Assembly (NCBI GenBank): GCA_964016885.1
Contig: OZ024740.1
Span: forward strand, 422,220,001 to 422,284,000
Source: Eledone cirrhosa
Lineage: Eukaryota
DNA: 64,000 nucleotides
Direction of reading: 5' to 3'
Part shown: positions 33,728 to 46,600 of the stretch, in pieces
How positions within the stretch are numbered: position 1 is the stretch's first letter
Layout: every line of letters starts with the position of its first letter
Translations under genes and position numbers: made by a program
The notes under the pieces: model-generated
Seen by the model: the letters and a program-made list of their open reading frames with translations, nothing else
Database searches by the model: none
What the model was told of the DNA's origin: nothing

Positions 33728-36700
33728 AGACTGTCTTGGACTCCTCTGAGTCTCTAACAAATATTGTCTACCATTCTCTCCACTGTAAACTTTAGCAGAC
33801 TGTCTTGGACTTCTCTGAGTCTCTAACAAATATTGTCCACCATTCTCTCCACTGTGGACTTTAGCAGACTGTCTTGGACTCCTCTGAGTCTCTAACAAAT
33901 ATTGTCTACCATTCTCTCCACTGTAAACATTAGCAGACTGTCTTGGATTCCTCTGAGTCTCTAACAAATATTGTCCACCATTCTCTCCACTGTGGACTTT
34001 AGCAGACTGTCTTGGATTCCTCTGAGTCTCTAACCAATATTGTCCATCATTCTCTCCACCGTGGACTTTAGCAGACTGTCTTGGACTTCTCTGAGTCTCT
34101 AACAAATATTGTCCACCATTCTCTCCACTTTGGACTTTAGCAGACTGTCTTGGACTTCTCTGAGTCTCTAACAAATATTGTCCACTATTCTCTCCACTGT
34201 AGACTTTAGCAGACTGTCTTGGACTTCTCTGAGTCTCTAACAAATATTGTCCACCATTCTCTCCACTGTGGACTTTAGCAGACTGTCATGGACTTATCTG
34301 TGTCTCTAACAAATATTGTCCACCATTCTCTCCACTGTAGATTTTAGTAGACTGTCTTGGATTCCTCTGAGTCTCTAACAAATATTGTCTACCATTCTCT
34401 CCAATGTAGACTTTAGCAGACTGTGTTGGACTTCTCTGAGTCTCTAACAAATATTGTCCACCATTCTCTCCACTGTAGACTTTAGCAGACTGTCTTGGAT
34501 TCCTCTTAGTCTCTAACATATATTGTCCACCATTCTGTCCACTGTGGACTTTAGCAGACTGTCTTGGATTCCTCTGAGTCTCTAACAAACATTGTCCACC
34601 ATTCTCTCCACTGTAGACTTTAGCAGACTGTCTTGGATTCCTCTGAGTCTCTAACAGATAATGTCCACCATTCTCTCCACTGTGGAGTTTAGCAGACTGT
34701 ATTGGACTCCTCTGAGTCTCTAACAAATATTGTCTACCATTCTCTCCACTGTGGACTTTAGCAGACTGTCTTGGACTCCTCTGAGTCTCTAACAAATATT
34801 GTCTACCATTCTCTCCACTGTGGACTTTAGCAGACAGTCTTGGATTCCTCTGAGTCTCTAACAAATATTGTCTACCATTCTCTCCACTGTGGACTTTAGC
34901 AGACTGTCTTGCATTCCTCTGAGTCTCTAACAAACATTGTCCACCATTCTCTCCACTGTGGACTTTGGCAGACTGTCTTCGACTCCTCTGAGTTTCTAAC
35001 ATATATTGTCCACCATTCTCTCCACTGTGGACTTTAGCAGACTATCTTGGACTCCTCTGAGTCTCTAACAAATATTGTCCTCCATTCTCTCCACTGTGGA
35101 CTCTAGCAGACTGTCTTGGACTCCTCTGAGTCTCTAACAAATATTGTCCACCATTCTCTCCACTTTGGACTCTAGCAGACTGTCTTGGACTTCTCTGAGT
35201 CTCTAACAAATATTGTCCACCATTCTCTCCACTGTGGACTTTAGCAGACTGTCTTGGATTCCTCTGAGTCTCTAACAAATATTGTCTATCATTCTCTCCA
35301 CTGTAGACTTTAGCAGACTGTATTGGACTCCTCTGAGTCTCTAACAAATATTGTCCACCATTCTCTCCACTGTGGACTTTAGCAGACTGTCTTGGACTCC
35401 TCTGAGTCTCTAACAAATATTGTCTACCATTCTCTCCACTGTGGACTTTAGCAGACTGTCTTGGATTCCTCTGAGTCTCTAACAAATAATGTCCACCATT
35501 CTCTCCACTGTGGAGTTTAGCAGACTGTCTTGGACTCCTCTGAGTCTCTAACATATATTGTCCACCATTCTCTCAACTGTGGACTTTAGCAGACTGTCTT
35601 GGATTCCTCTGAGTCTCTAACAAATATTGTCTACCATTCTCTCCACTGTAGACTTTAGCAGATTGTCTTGGACTTCTCTGAGTCTCTAACAAATATTGTC
35701 CACCATTCTCTGCACTGTGGATTTTAGCAGACTGTCTTGGACTTCTCTGAGTCTCTAACAAATATTGTCCACCATTCTCTCCACTGTAGACTTTAGTAGA
35801 CTGTCTTGGATTCCTCTGAGTCTCTAACATATATTGTCTACCATTCTCTCCAATGTAGACTTTAGCAGACTGTTTTGGACTCCTCTGAGTCTCTAACAAA
35901 TATTGCCCACCATTCTGTCCACTGTGGACTTTAGCAGACTGTCTTGGATTCCTCTGAGTCTCTAACAAATATTGTCCACCATACTCTCCACTGTGGACTT
36001 TAGCAGACTGTCTTGGACTCTTCTGAGTCTCTAACAAATATTGTCTACCATTCTCTCCACCGTGGACTTTAGCAGACTGTCTTGGACTTCTCTGAGTCTC
36101 TAACAAATATTGTCCACCATTCTCTCCACTGTGGACTTTAGTAGACTGTCTTGGACTTCTCTGAGTCTCTAACAAATATTGTCTACCATTCTCTCCACTG
36201 TGGACTTTAGCAGACTGTCTTGGACTCCTCTGAGTCTCTAACATATATTGTCCACCATTCTCTCCACTGTGGACTTTAGCAGACTGTCTTGGACTTCTCT
36301 GAGTCTCTAACAAATATTGTCTACCATTCTCTCGACTGTGGACTTTAGCAGACTGTCTTGGACTCCTCTGAGTCCCTAACAAATATTGTCCACCATTCTC
36401 TCCACTGTGGACTTTAGCAGACTGTCTTGGATTCCTCTGAGTCTCTAACAAATATTGTCTACCATTCTCTCCACTGTAGATTTTAGCAGACTGTCTTGGA
36501 CTCCTCTGAGTCTCTAACAAATATTGTCCACCATTCTCTCCACTGTGGACTTTAGCAGACTGTCTTGGATTCCTCTGAGTCTCTAACAAATATTGTCCAC
36601 CATTCTCTCCACTTTGGACTCTAGCAGACTGTCTTGGACTTCTCTGAGTCTCTAACAAATATTGTCCACCATTCTCTCCACTGTAGACTTTAGCAGACTG

Positions 36701-38539
36701 TCTTGGATTCCTCTGAGTCTCTAACAAATATTGTCTATCATTCTCTCCACTGTAGACTTTAGCAGACTGTATTGGACTCCTCTGAGTCTCTAACAAATAT
36801 TGTCCACCATTCTCTCCACTGTGGACTTTAGCAGACTGTCTTGGATTCCTCTGAGTCTCTAACAAATATTGTCCACCATTCTCTCCACTGTGGACTTTAG
36901 CAGACTGTCTTGGACTCCTCTGAGTCTCTAACATATATTGTCCACCATTCTCTCCACTGTGGACTTTAGCAGACTGTCTTGGACTCCTCTGAGTCTCTAA
37001 CAAATATTGTCCACCATTCTCTCCACTGTGGACTTTAGTAGACTATCTTGGACTCCTCTGAGTCTCTAACAAATATTGTCCACCATTCTCTCCACTGTGG
37101 ACTTTAGCAGACTGTCTTGGACTCCTCTGAGTCCCTAACAAATATTGTCCACCATTCTCTCCACTGTGGACTTTAGCAGACTGTCTTGGATTCCTCTGAG
37201 TCTCTAACAAATATTGTCTACCATTCTCTCCGCTGTAGATTTTAGCAGACTGTCTTGGATTCCTCTGAGTCTCTAACAAATATTGTCCACCATTCTGTCC
37301 ACTGTGGACTTTAGCAGACTGTCTTGGATTCCTCTGAGTCTCTAACAAATATTGTCCACCATTCTCTCCACTGTGGACTTTAGCAGACTGTCTTGGACTT
37401 CTCTGAGTCTCTAACAAATATTGTCCACCATTCTCTCCACTGTGGACTTTAGCAGACTGTCTTGAACTTCTCTGAGTCTCTAACAAATATTGTCCACATT
37501 CTCTCCACTGTGGACTTTAGCAGACTGTCTTGGACTCCTCTGAGTCTCTAACAAATATTGTCTTCCATTCTCTCCACTGTGGACTTTAGCAGACTGTCTT
37601 GGATTCCTCTGAGTCTCTAACAAATAATGTCCACCATTCTCTCCACTGTGGAGTTTAGCAGACTGTCTTGGACTCCTCTGAGTCTCTAACATATATTGTC
37701 CACCATTATCTCAACTGTGGACTTTAGCAGACTGTCTTGGATTCCTCTGAGTCTCTAACAAATATTGTCTACCATTCTCTCCACTGTAGACTTTAGCAGA
37801 TTGTCTTGGACTTCTCTGAGTCTCTAACAAATATTGTCCACCATTCTCTGCACTGTGGATTTTAGCAGACTGTCTTGGACTTCTCTGAGTCTCTAACAAA
37901 TATTGTCCACCATTCTCTCCACTGTAGACTTTAGTAGACTGTCTTGGATTCCTCTGAGTCTCTAACATATATTGTCTACCATTCTCTCCAATGTAGACTT
38001 TAGCAGACTGTTTTGGACTCCTCTGAGTCTCTAACAAATATTGTCTACCATTCTCTCCAGTGTAGATTTTAGCAGACTGTCTTGGACTCCTCTGAGTCTC
38101 TAACATATATTGTCTACCATTCTCTCCAATGTAGACTTTAGCAGACTGCTTTGGACTCCTCTGAGTCTCTAACAAATATTGACCACAATTCTCTCCACTG
38201 TGGACATTAGCAGACTGTCTTGGATTCCTCTGAGACTCTAAAAAATATTGCCCACCATTCTGTCCACTGTGGACTTTAGCAGACTGTCTTGGATTCCTCT
38301 GAGTCTCTAACAAATATTGTCCACCATACTCTCCACTGTGGATTTTAGCAGACTGTCTTGGACTCTTCTGAGTCTCTAACAAATATTGTCTACCATTCTC
38401 TCCACTGTGGACTTTAGCAGACTGTCTTGGACTTCTCTGAGTCTCTAACAAATATTGTCCACCATTCTCTCCACTGTGGACTTTAGTAGACTGTCTTGGA
38501 CTTCTCTGAGTCTCTAACAAATATTGTCTACCATTCTCT

Positions 38540-41500
38540 CCACTGTGGACTTTAGCAGACTGTCTTGGACTCCTCTGAGTCTCTAACATATATTGTCCAC
38601 CATTCTCTCAACTGTGGACTTTAGCAGACTGTCTTGGATTCCTCTGAGTCTCTAACAAATATTGTCCACCATTCTCTCCACTGTGGACTTTAGCAGACTG
38701 TCTTGGACTTCTCTGAGTCTCTAACAAATATTGTCCACCATTCTCTCCACTGTGGACTTTAGCAGACTGTCTTGGACTCTTCTGAGTCTCTAACAAATAT
38801 TGTCTACCATTCTCTCCACTGTGGACTTTAGCAGACTGTCTTGGATTCCTCTGAGTCTCTAACAAATATTGTCCACCATTCTCTCCACTGTGGACTTTAG
38901 CAGACTGTCTTGGACTTCTCTGAGTCTCTAACAAATATTGTCCACCATTCTCTCCACTGTGGACTTTAGCAGACTGTCTTGGACTCTTCTGAGTCTCTAA
39001 CAAATATTGTCTACCATTCTCTCCACTGTGGACTTTAGCAGACTATCTTGGACTTCTCTGAGTCTCTAACAAATATTGTCCACCATTCTCTCCACTGTGG
39101 ACTTTAGTAGACTGTCTTGGACTTCTCTGAGTCTCTAACAAATATTGTCTACCATTCTCTCCACTGTGGACTTTAGCAGACTGTATTGGACTCCTCTGAG
39201 TCTCTAACAAATATTGTCCACCATTCTCTCCACTGTGGACTTTAGCAGACTGTCTTGGATTCCTCTGAGTCTCTAACAAATATTGTCCACCATTCTCTCC
39301 ACTGTGGACTTTAGCAGACTGTCTTGGACTCCTCTGAGTCTCTAACATATATTGTCCACCATTCTCTCCACTGTGGACTTTAGCAGACTGTCTTGGACTC
39401 CTCTGAGTCTCTAACAAATATTGTCCACCATTCTCTCCACTGTGGACTTTAGCAGACTATCTTGGACTCCTCTGAGTCTCTAACAAATATTGTCCACCAT
39501 TCTCTCCACTGTGGACTTTAGCAGACTGTCTTGGACTCCTCTGAGTCCCTAACAAATATTGTCCACCATTCTCTCCACTGTGGACTTTAGCAGACTGTCT
39601 TGGATTCCTCTGAGTCTCTAACAAATATTGTCTACCATTCTCTCCGCTGTAGATTTTAGCAGACTGTCTTGGATTCCTCTGAGTCTCTAACAAATATTGT
39701 CCACCATTCTGTCCACTGTGGACTTTAGCAGACTGTCTTGGATTCCTCTGAGTCTCTAACAAATATTGTCCACCATTCTCTCCACTGTGGACTTTAGCAG
39801 ACTGTCTTGGACTTCTCTGAGTCTCTAACAAATATTGTCCACCATTCTCTCCACTGTGGACTTTAGCAGACTGTCTTGAACTTCTCTGAGTCTCTAACAA
39901 ATATTGTCCACATTCTCTCCACTGTGGACTTTAGCAGACTGTCTTGGACTCCTCTGAGTCTCTAACAAATATTGTCTACCATTCTCTCCACTGTGGACTT
40001 TAGCAGACTGTCTTGGATTCCTCTGAGTCTCTAACAAATAATGTCCACCATTCTCTCCACTGTGGAGTTTAGCAGACTGTCTTGGACTCCTCTGAGTCTC
40101 TAACATATATTGTCCACCATTATCTCAACTGTGGACTTTAGCAGACTGTCTTGGATTCCTCTGAGTCTCTAACAAATATTGTCTACCATTCTCTCCACTG
40201 TAGACTTTAGCAGATTGTCTTGGACTTCTCTGAGTCTCTAACAAATATTGTCCACCATTCTCTGCACTGTGGATTTTAGCAGACTGTCTTGGACTTCTCT
40301 GAGTCTCTAACAAATATTGTCCACCATTCTCTCCACTGTAGACTTTAGTAGACTGTCTTGGATTCCTCTGAGTCTCTAACATATATTGTCTACCATTCTC
40401 TCCAATGTAGACTTTAGCAGACTGTTTTGGACTCCTCTGAGTCTCTAACAAATATTGTCTACCATTCTCTCCAGTGTAGATTTTAGCAGACTGTCTTGGA
40501 CTCCTCTGAGTCTCTAACATATATTGTCTACCATTCTCTCCAATGTAGACTTTAGCAGACTGCTTTGGACTCCTCTGAGTCTCTAACAAATATTGACCAC
40601 AATTCTCTCCACTGTGGACATTAGCAGACTGTCTTGGATTCCTCTGAGACTCTAAAAAATATTGCCCACCATTCTGTCCACTGTGGACTTTAGCAGACTG
40701 TCTTGGATTCCTCTGAGTCTCTCACAAATATTGTCCACCATACTCTCCACTGTGGATTTTAGCAGACTGTCTTGGACTCTTCTGAGTCTCTAACAAATAT
40801 TGTCTACCATTCTCTCCACTGTGGACTTTAGCAGACTGTCTTGGACTTCTCTGAGTCTCTAACAAATATTGTCCACCATTCTCTCCACTGTGGACTTTAG
40901 TAGACTGTCTTGGACTTCTCTGAGTCTCTAACAAATATTGTCTACCATTCTCTCCACTGTGGACTTTAGCAGACTGTCTTGGACTCCTCTGAGTCTCTAA
41001 CATATATTGTCCACCATTCTCTCAACTGTGGACTTTAGCAGACTGTCTTGGATTCCTCTGAGTCTCTAACAAATATTGTCCACCATTCTCTCCACTGTGG
41101 ACTTTAGCAGACTGTCTTGGACTCCTCTGAGTCTCTAACATATATTGTCCACCATTCTCTCAACTGTGGACTTTAGCAGACTGTCTTGGATTCCTCTGAG
41201 TCTCTAACAAATATTGTCCACCATTCTCTCCACTGTGGACTTTAGCAGACTGTCTTGGACTTCTCTGAGTCTCTAACAAATATTGTCCACCATTCTCTCC
41301 ACTGTGGACTTTAGCAGACTGTCTTGGACTCTTCTGAGTCTCTAACAAATATTGTCTACCATTCTCTCCACTGTGGACTTTAGCAGACTGTCTTGGATTC
41401 CTCTGAGTCTCTAACAAATATTGTCCACCATTCTCTCCACTGTGGACTTTAGCAGACTGTCTTGGACTTCTCTGAGTCTCTAACAAATATTGTCCACCAT

Positions 41501-43680
41501 TCTCTCCACTGTGGACTTTAGCAGACTGTCTTGGACTCTTCTGAGTCTCTAACAAATATTGTCTACCATTCTCTCCACTGTGGACTTTAGCAGACTATCT
41601 TGGACTTCTCTGAGTCTCTAACAAATATTGTCCACCATTCTCTCCACTGTGGACTTTAGTAGACTGTCTTGGACTTCTCTGAGTCTCTAACAAATATTGT
41701 CTACCATTCTCTCCACTGTGGACTTTAGCAGACTGTATTGGACTCCTCTGAGTCTCTAACAAATATTGTCCACCATTCTCTCCACTGTGGACTTTAGCAG
41801 ACTGTCTTGGATTCCTCTGAGTCTCTAACAAATATTGTCCACCATTCTCTCCACTGTGGACTTTAGCAGACTGTCTTGGACTCCTCTGAGTCTCTAACAT
41901 ATATTGTCCACCATTCTCTCCACTGTGGACTTTAGCAGACTGTCTTGGACTCCTCTGAGTCTCTAACAAATATTGTCCACCATTCTCTCCACTGTGGACT
42001 TTAGCAGACTATCTTGGACTCCTCTGAGTCTCTAACAAATATTGTCCACCATTCTCTCCACTGTGGACTTTAGCAGACTGTCTTGGACTCCTCTGAGTCC
42101 CTAACAAATATTGTCCACCATTCTCTCCACTGTGGACTTTAGCAGACTGTCTTGGATTCCTCTGAGTCTCTAACAAATATTGTCTACCATTCTCTCCGCT
42201 GTAGATTTTAGCAGACTGTCTTGGATTCCTCTGAGTCTCTAACAAATATTGTCCACCATTCTGTCCACTGTGGACTTTAGCAGACTGTCTTGGATTCCTC
42301 TGAGTCTCTAACAAATATTGTCCACCATTCTCTCCACTGTGGACTTTAGCAGACTGTCTTGGACTTCTCTGAGTCTCTAACAAATATTGTCCACCATTCT
42401 CTCCACTGTGGACTTTAGCAGACTGTCTTGAACTTCTCTGAGTCTCTAACAAATATTGTCCACATTCTCTCCACTGTGGACTTTAGCAGACTGTCTTGGA
42501 CTCCTCTGAGTCTCTAACAAATATTGTCTACCATTCTCTCCACTGTGGACTTTAGCAGACTGTCTTGGATTCCTCTGAGTCTCTAACAAATAATGTCCAC
42601 CATTCTCTCCACTGTGGAGTTTAGCAGACTGTCTTGGACTCCTCTGAGTCTCTAACATATATTGTCCACCATTATCTCAACTGTGGACTTTAGCAGACTG
42701 TCTTGGATTCCTCTGAGTCTCTAACAAATATTGTCTACCATTCTCTCCACTGTAGACTTTAGCAGATTGTCTTGGACTTCTCTGAGTCTCTAACAAATAT
42801 TGTCCACCATTCTCTGCACTGTGGATTTTAGCAGACTGTCTTGGACTTCTCTGAGTCTCTAACAAATATTGTCCACCATTCTCTCCACTGTAGACTTTAG
42901 TAGACTGTCTTGGATTCCTCTGAGTCTCTAACATATATTGTCTACCATTCTCTCCAATGTAGACTTTAGCAGACTGTTTTGGACTCCTCTGAGTCTCTAA
43001 CAAATATTGTCTACCATTCTCTCCAGTGTAGATTTTAGCAGACTGTCTTGGACTCCTCTGAGTCTCTAACATATATTGTCTACCATTCTCTCCAATGTAG
43101 ACTTTAGCAGACTGCTTTGGACTCCTCTGAGTCTCTAACAAATATTGACCACAATTCTCTCCACTGTGGACATTAGCAGACTGTCTTAGATTCCTCTGAG
43201 ACTCTAAAAAATATTGCCCACCATTCTGTCCACTGTGGACTTTAGCAGACTGTCTTGGATTCCTCTGAGTCTCTCACAAATATTGTCCACCATACTCTCC
43301 ACTGTGGATTTTAGCAGACTGTCTTGGACTCTTCTGAGTCTCTAACAAATATTGTCTACCATTCTCTCCACTGTGGACTTTAGCAGACTGTCTTGGACTT
43401 CTCTGAGTCTCTAACAAATATTGTCCACCATTCTCTCCACTGTGGACTTTAGTAGACTGTCTTGGACTTCTCTGAGTCTCTAACAAATATTGTCTACCAT
43501 TCTCTCCACTGTGGACTTTAGCAGACTGTCTTGGACTCCTCTGAGTCTCTAACATATATTGTCCACCATTCTCTCAACTGTGGACTTTAGCAGACTGTCT
43601 TGGATTCCTCTGAGTCTCTAACAAATATTGTCCACCATTCTCTCCACTGTGGACTTTAGCAGACTGTCTTGGACTTCTCT
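38540..43680. repeat. 37-monomer (2552-bp) recent tandem duplication in satellite B (boundaries approximate)
   Basis: The private variant CTCTCACAAA occurs only at 40722 and 43274. Identical ORF pairs lie at 38608/41160, 39043/41595, 39457/42009, 40125/42677. Confidence 0.85.
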
Positions 43681-46600
43681 GAGTCTCTAACAAATATTGT
43701 CCACCATTCTCTCCACTGTGGACTTTAGCAGACTGTCTTGGACTCTTCTGAGTCTCTAACAAATATTGTCTACCATTCTCTCCACTGTGGACTTTAGCAG
43801 ACTGTCTTGGATTCCTCTGAGTCTCTAACAAATATTGTCCACCATTCTCTCCACTGTGGACTTTAGCAGACTGTCTTGGACTTCTCTGAGTCTCTAACAA
43901 ATATTGTCCACCATTCTCTCCACTGTGGACTTTAGCAGACTGTCTTGGACTCTTCTGAGTCTCTAACAAATATTGTCTACCATTCTCTCCACTGTGGACT
44001 TTAGCAGACTATCTTGGACTTCTCTGAGTCTCTAACAAATATTGTCCACCATTCTCTCCACTGTGGACTTTAGTAGACTGTCTTGGACTTCTCTGAGTCT
44101 CTAACAAATATTGTCTACCATTCTCTCCACTGTGGACTTTAGCAGACTGTCTTGGATACCTCTGAGTCTCTAACAAATATTGTCTACCATTCTCTCCACT
44201 GTGGACTTTAGCAGACTGTCTTGGACTTCTCTGAGTCTCTAACAAATATTGTCCACCATTCTCTCCACTGTGGACTTTAGTAGACTGTCTTGGACTTCTC
44301 TGAGTCTCTAACAAATATTGTCTACCATTCTCTCCACTGTGGACTTTAGCAGACTGTCTTGGACTTCTCTGAGTCTCTAACAAATATTGTCTAACATTCT
44401 CTCCACTGTGGACTTTAGCAGACTGTCTTGGACTCCTCTGAGTCTCTAACAAATATTGTCCACCATTCTCTCCACTGTGGACTTTAGCAGACTGTCTTGG
44501 ACTTCTCTGAGTCTCTAACATATATTGTCCACCATTCTCTCCACTGTGGACTTTAGCAGACTGTCTTGGACTTCTCTGAGTCTCTAACAAATATTGTCCA
44601 CCATTCTCTCCACTGTGGACTTTAGCAGACTGTCTTGGATTCCTCTGAGTCTCTAACAAATATTGTCTACCATTCTCTCCGCTGTAGATTTTAGCAGACT
44701 GTCTTGGATTCCTCTGAGTCTCTAACAAATATTGTCCACCATTCTGTCCACTGTGGACTTTAGCAGACTGTCTTGGATTCCTCTGAGTCTCTAACAAATA
44801 TTGTCCACCATTCTCTCCACTGTGGACTTTAGCAGACTGTCTTGGACTTCTCTGAGTCTCTAACAAATATTGTCCACCATTCTCTCCACTGTGGACTTTA
44901 GCAGACTGTCTTGAACTTCTCTGAGTCTCTAACAAATATTGTCTACCATTCTCTCCACTGTGGACTTTAGCAGACTGTCTTGGACTCCTCTGAGTCTCTA
45001 ACATATATTGTCCACCATTCTCTCAACTGTGGACTTTAGCAGACTGTCTTGGATTCCTCTGAGTCTCTAACAAATATTGTCCACCATTCTCTCCACTGTA
45101 GATTTTAGCAGACTGTCTTGGACTCCTCTGAGTCTCTAACAAATATTGTCCACCATTCTCTCCACTGTGGACTTTAGCAGACTGTCTTGGATTCCTCTGA
45201 GTCTCTAACAAATATTGTCCACCATTCTGTTCACTGTGGACTTTAGCAGACTGTCTTGGATTCCTCTGAGTCTCTAACAAATATTGTCCACCATTCTCTC
45301 CACTTTGGACTCTAGCAGACTGTCTTGGACTTCTCTGAGTCTCTAACAAATATTGTCCACCATTCTCTATACTGTAGACTTTAGCAGACTGTCTTGGATT
45401 CCTCTGAGTCTCTAACAAATATTGTCTATCATTCTCTCCACTGTAGACTTTAGCAGACTGTATTGGACTCCTCTGAGTCTCTAACAAATATTGTCCACCA
45501 TTCTCTCCACTGTGGACTTTAGCAGACTGTCTTGGATTCCTCTGAGTCTCTAACAAATATTGTCCACCATTCTCTCCACTGTGGACTTTAGCAGACTGTC
45601 TTGGACTCCTCTGAGTCTCTAACATATATTGTCCACCATTCTCTCCACTGTGGACTTTAGCAGACTGTCTTGGACTCCTCTGAGTCTCTAACAAATATTG
45701 TCCACCATTCTCTCCACTGTGGACTTTAGCAGACTATCTTGGACTCCTCTGAGTCTCTAACAAATATTGTCCACCATTCTCTCCACTGTGGACTTTAGCA
45801 GACTGTCTTGGACTCCTCTGAGTCCCTAACAAATATTGTCCACCATTCTCTCCACTGTGGACTTTAGCAGACTGTCTTGGATTCCTCTGAGTCTCTAACA
45901 AATATTGTCTACCATTCTCTCCGCTGTAGATTTTAGCAGACTGTCTTGGATTCCTCTGAGTCTCTAACAAATATTGTCCACCATTCTGTCCACTGTGGAC
46001 TTTAGCAGACTGTCTTGGATTCCTCTGAGTCTCTAACAAATATTGTCCACCATTCTCTCCACTGTGGACTTTAGCAGACTGTCTTGGACTTCTCTGAGTC
46101 TCTAACAAATATTGTCCACCATTCTCTCCACTGTGGACTTTAGCAGACTGTCTTGAACTTCTCTGAGTCTCTAACAAATATTGTCCACATTCTCTCCACT
46201 GTGGACTTTAGCAGACTGTCTTGGACTCCTCTGAGTCTCTAACAAATATTGTCTACCATTCTCTCCACTGTGGACTTTAGCAGACTGTCTTGGATTCCTC
46301 TGAGTCTCTAACAAATAATGTCCACCATTCTCTCCACTGTGGAGTTTAGCAGACTGTCTTGGACTCCTCTGAGTCTCTAACATATATTGTCCACCATTCT
46401 CTCAACTGTGGACTTTAGCAGACTGTCTTGGATTCCTCTGAGTCTCTAACAAATATTGTCTACCATTCTCTCCACTGTAGACTTTAGCAGATTGTCTTGG
46501 ACTTCTCTGAGTCTCTAACAAATATTGTCCACCATTCTCTGCACTGTGGATTTTAGCAGACTGTCTTGGACTTCTCTGAGTCTCTAACAAATATTGTCCA

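Noticed and set aside
33664-33730. Alternative minus-strand peptide VYHEEQIENKFKNCIRHILLSE in the spacer
   Set aside because: It is only about 22 codons with no start, the frame is closed by TAA in the upstream 69-mer, and there is no pyrimidine-rich acceptor before it.
33500-33900. Common ancestry of the two monomers (shared TAGCAG, ACTGTCT, AATAT-TG-CC words)
   Set aside because: The matches are only 6-7 bp, with inconsistent spacing and no convincing collinear alignment by eye. A shuffled-alignment test would be needed.
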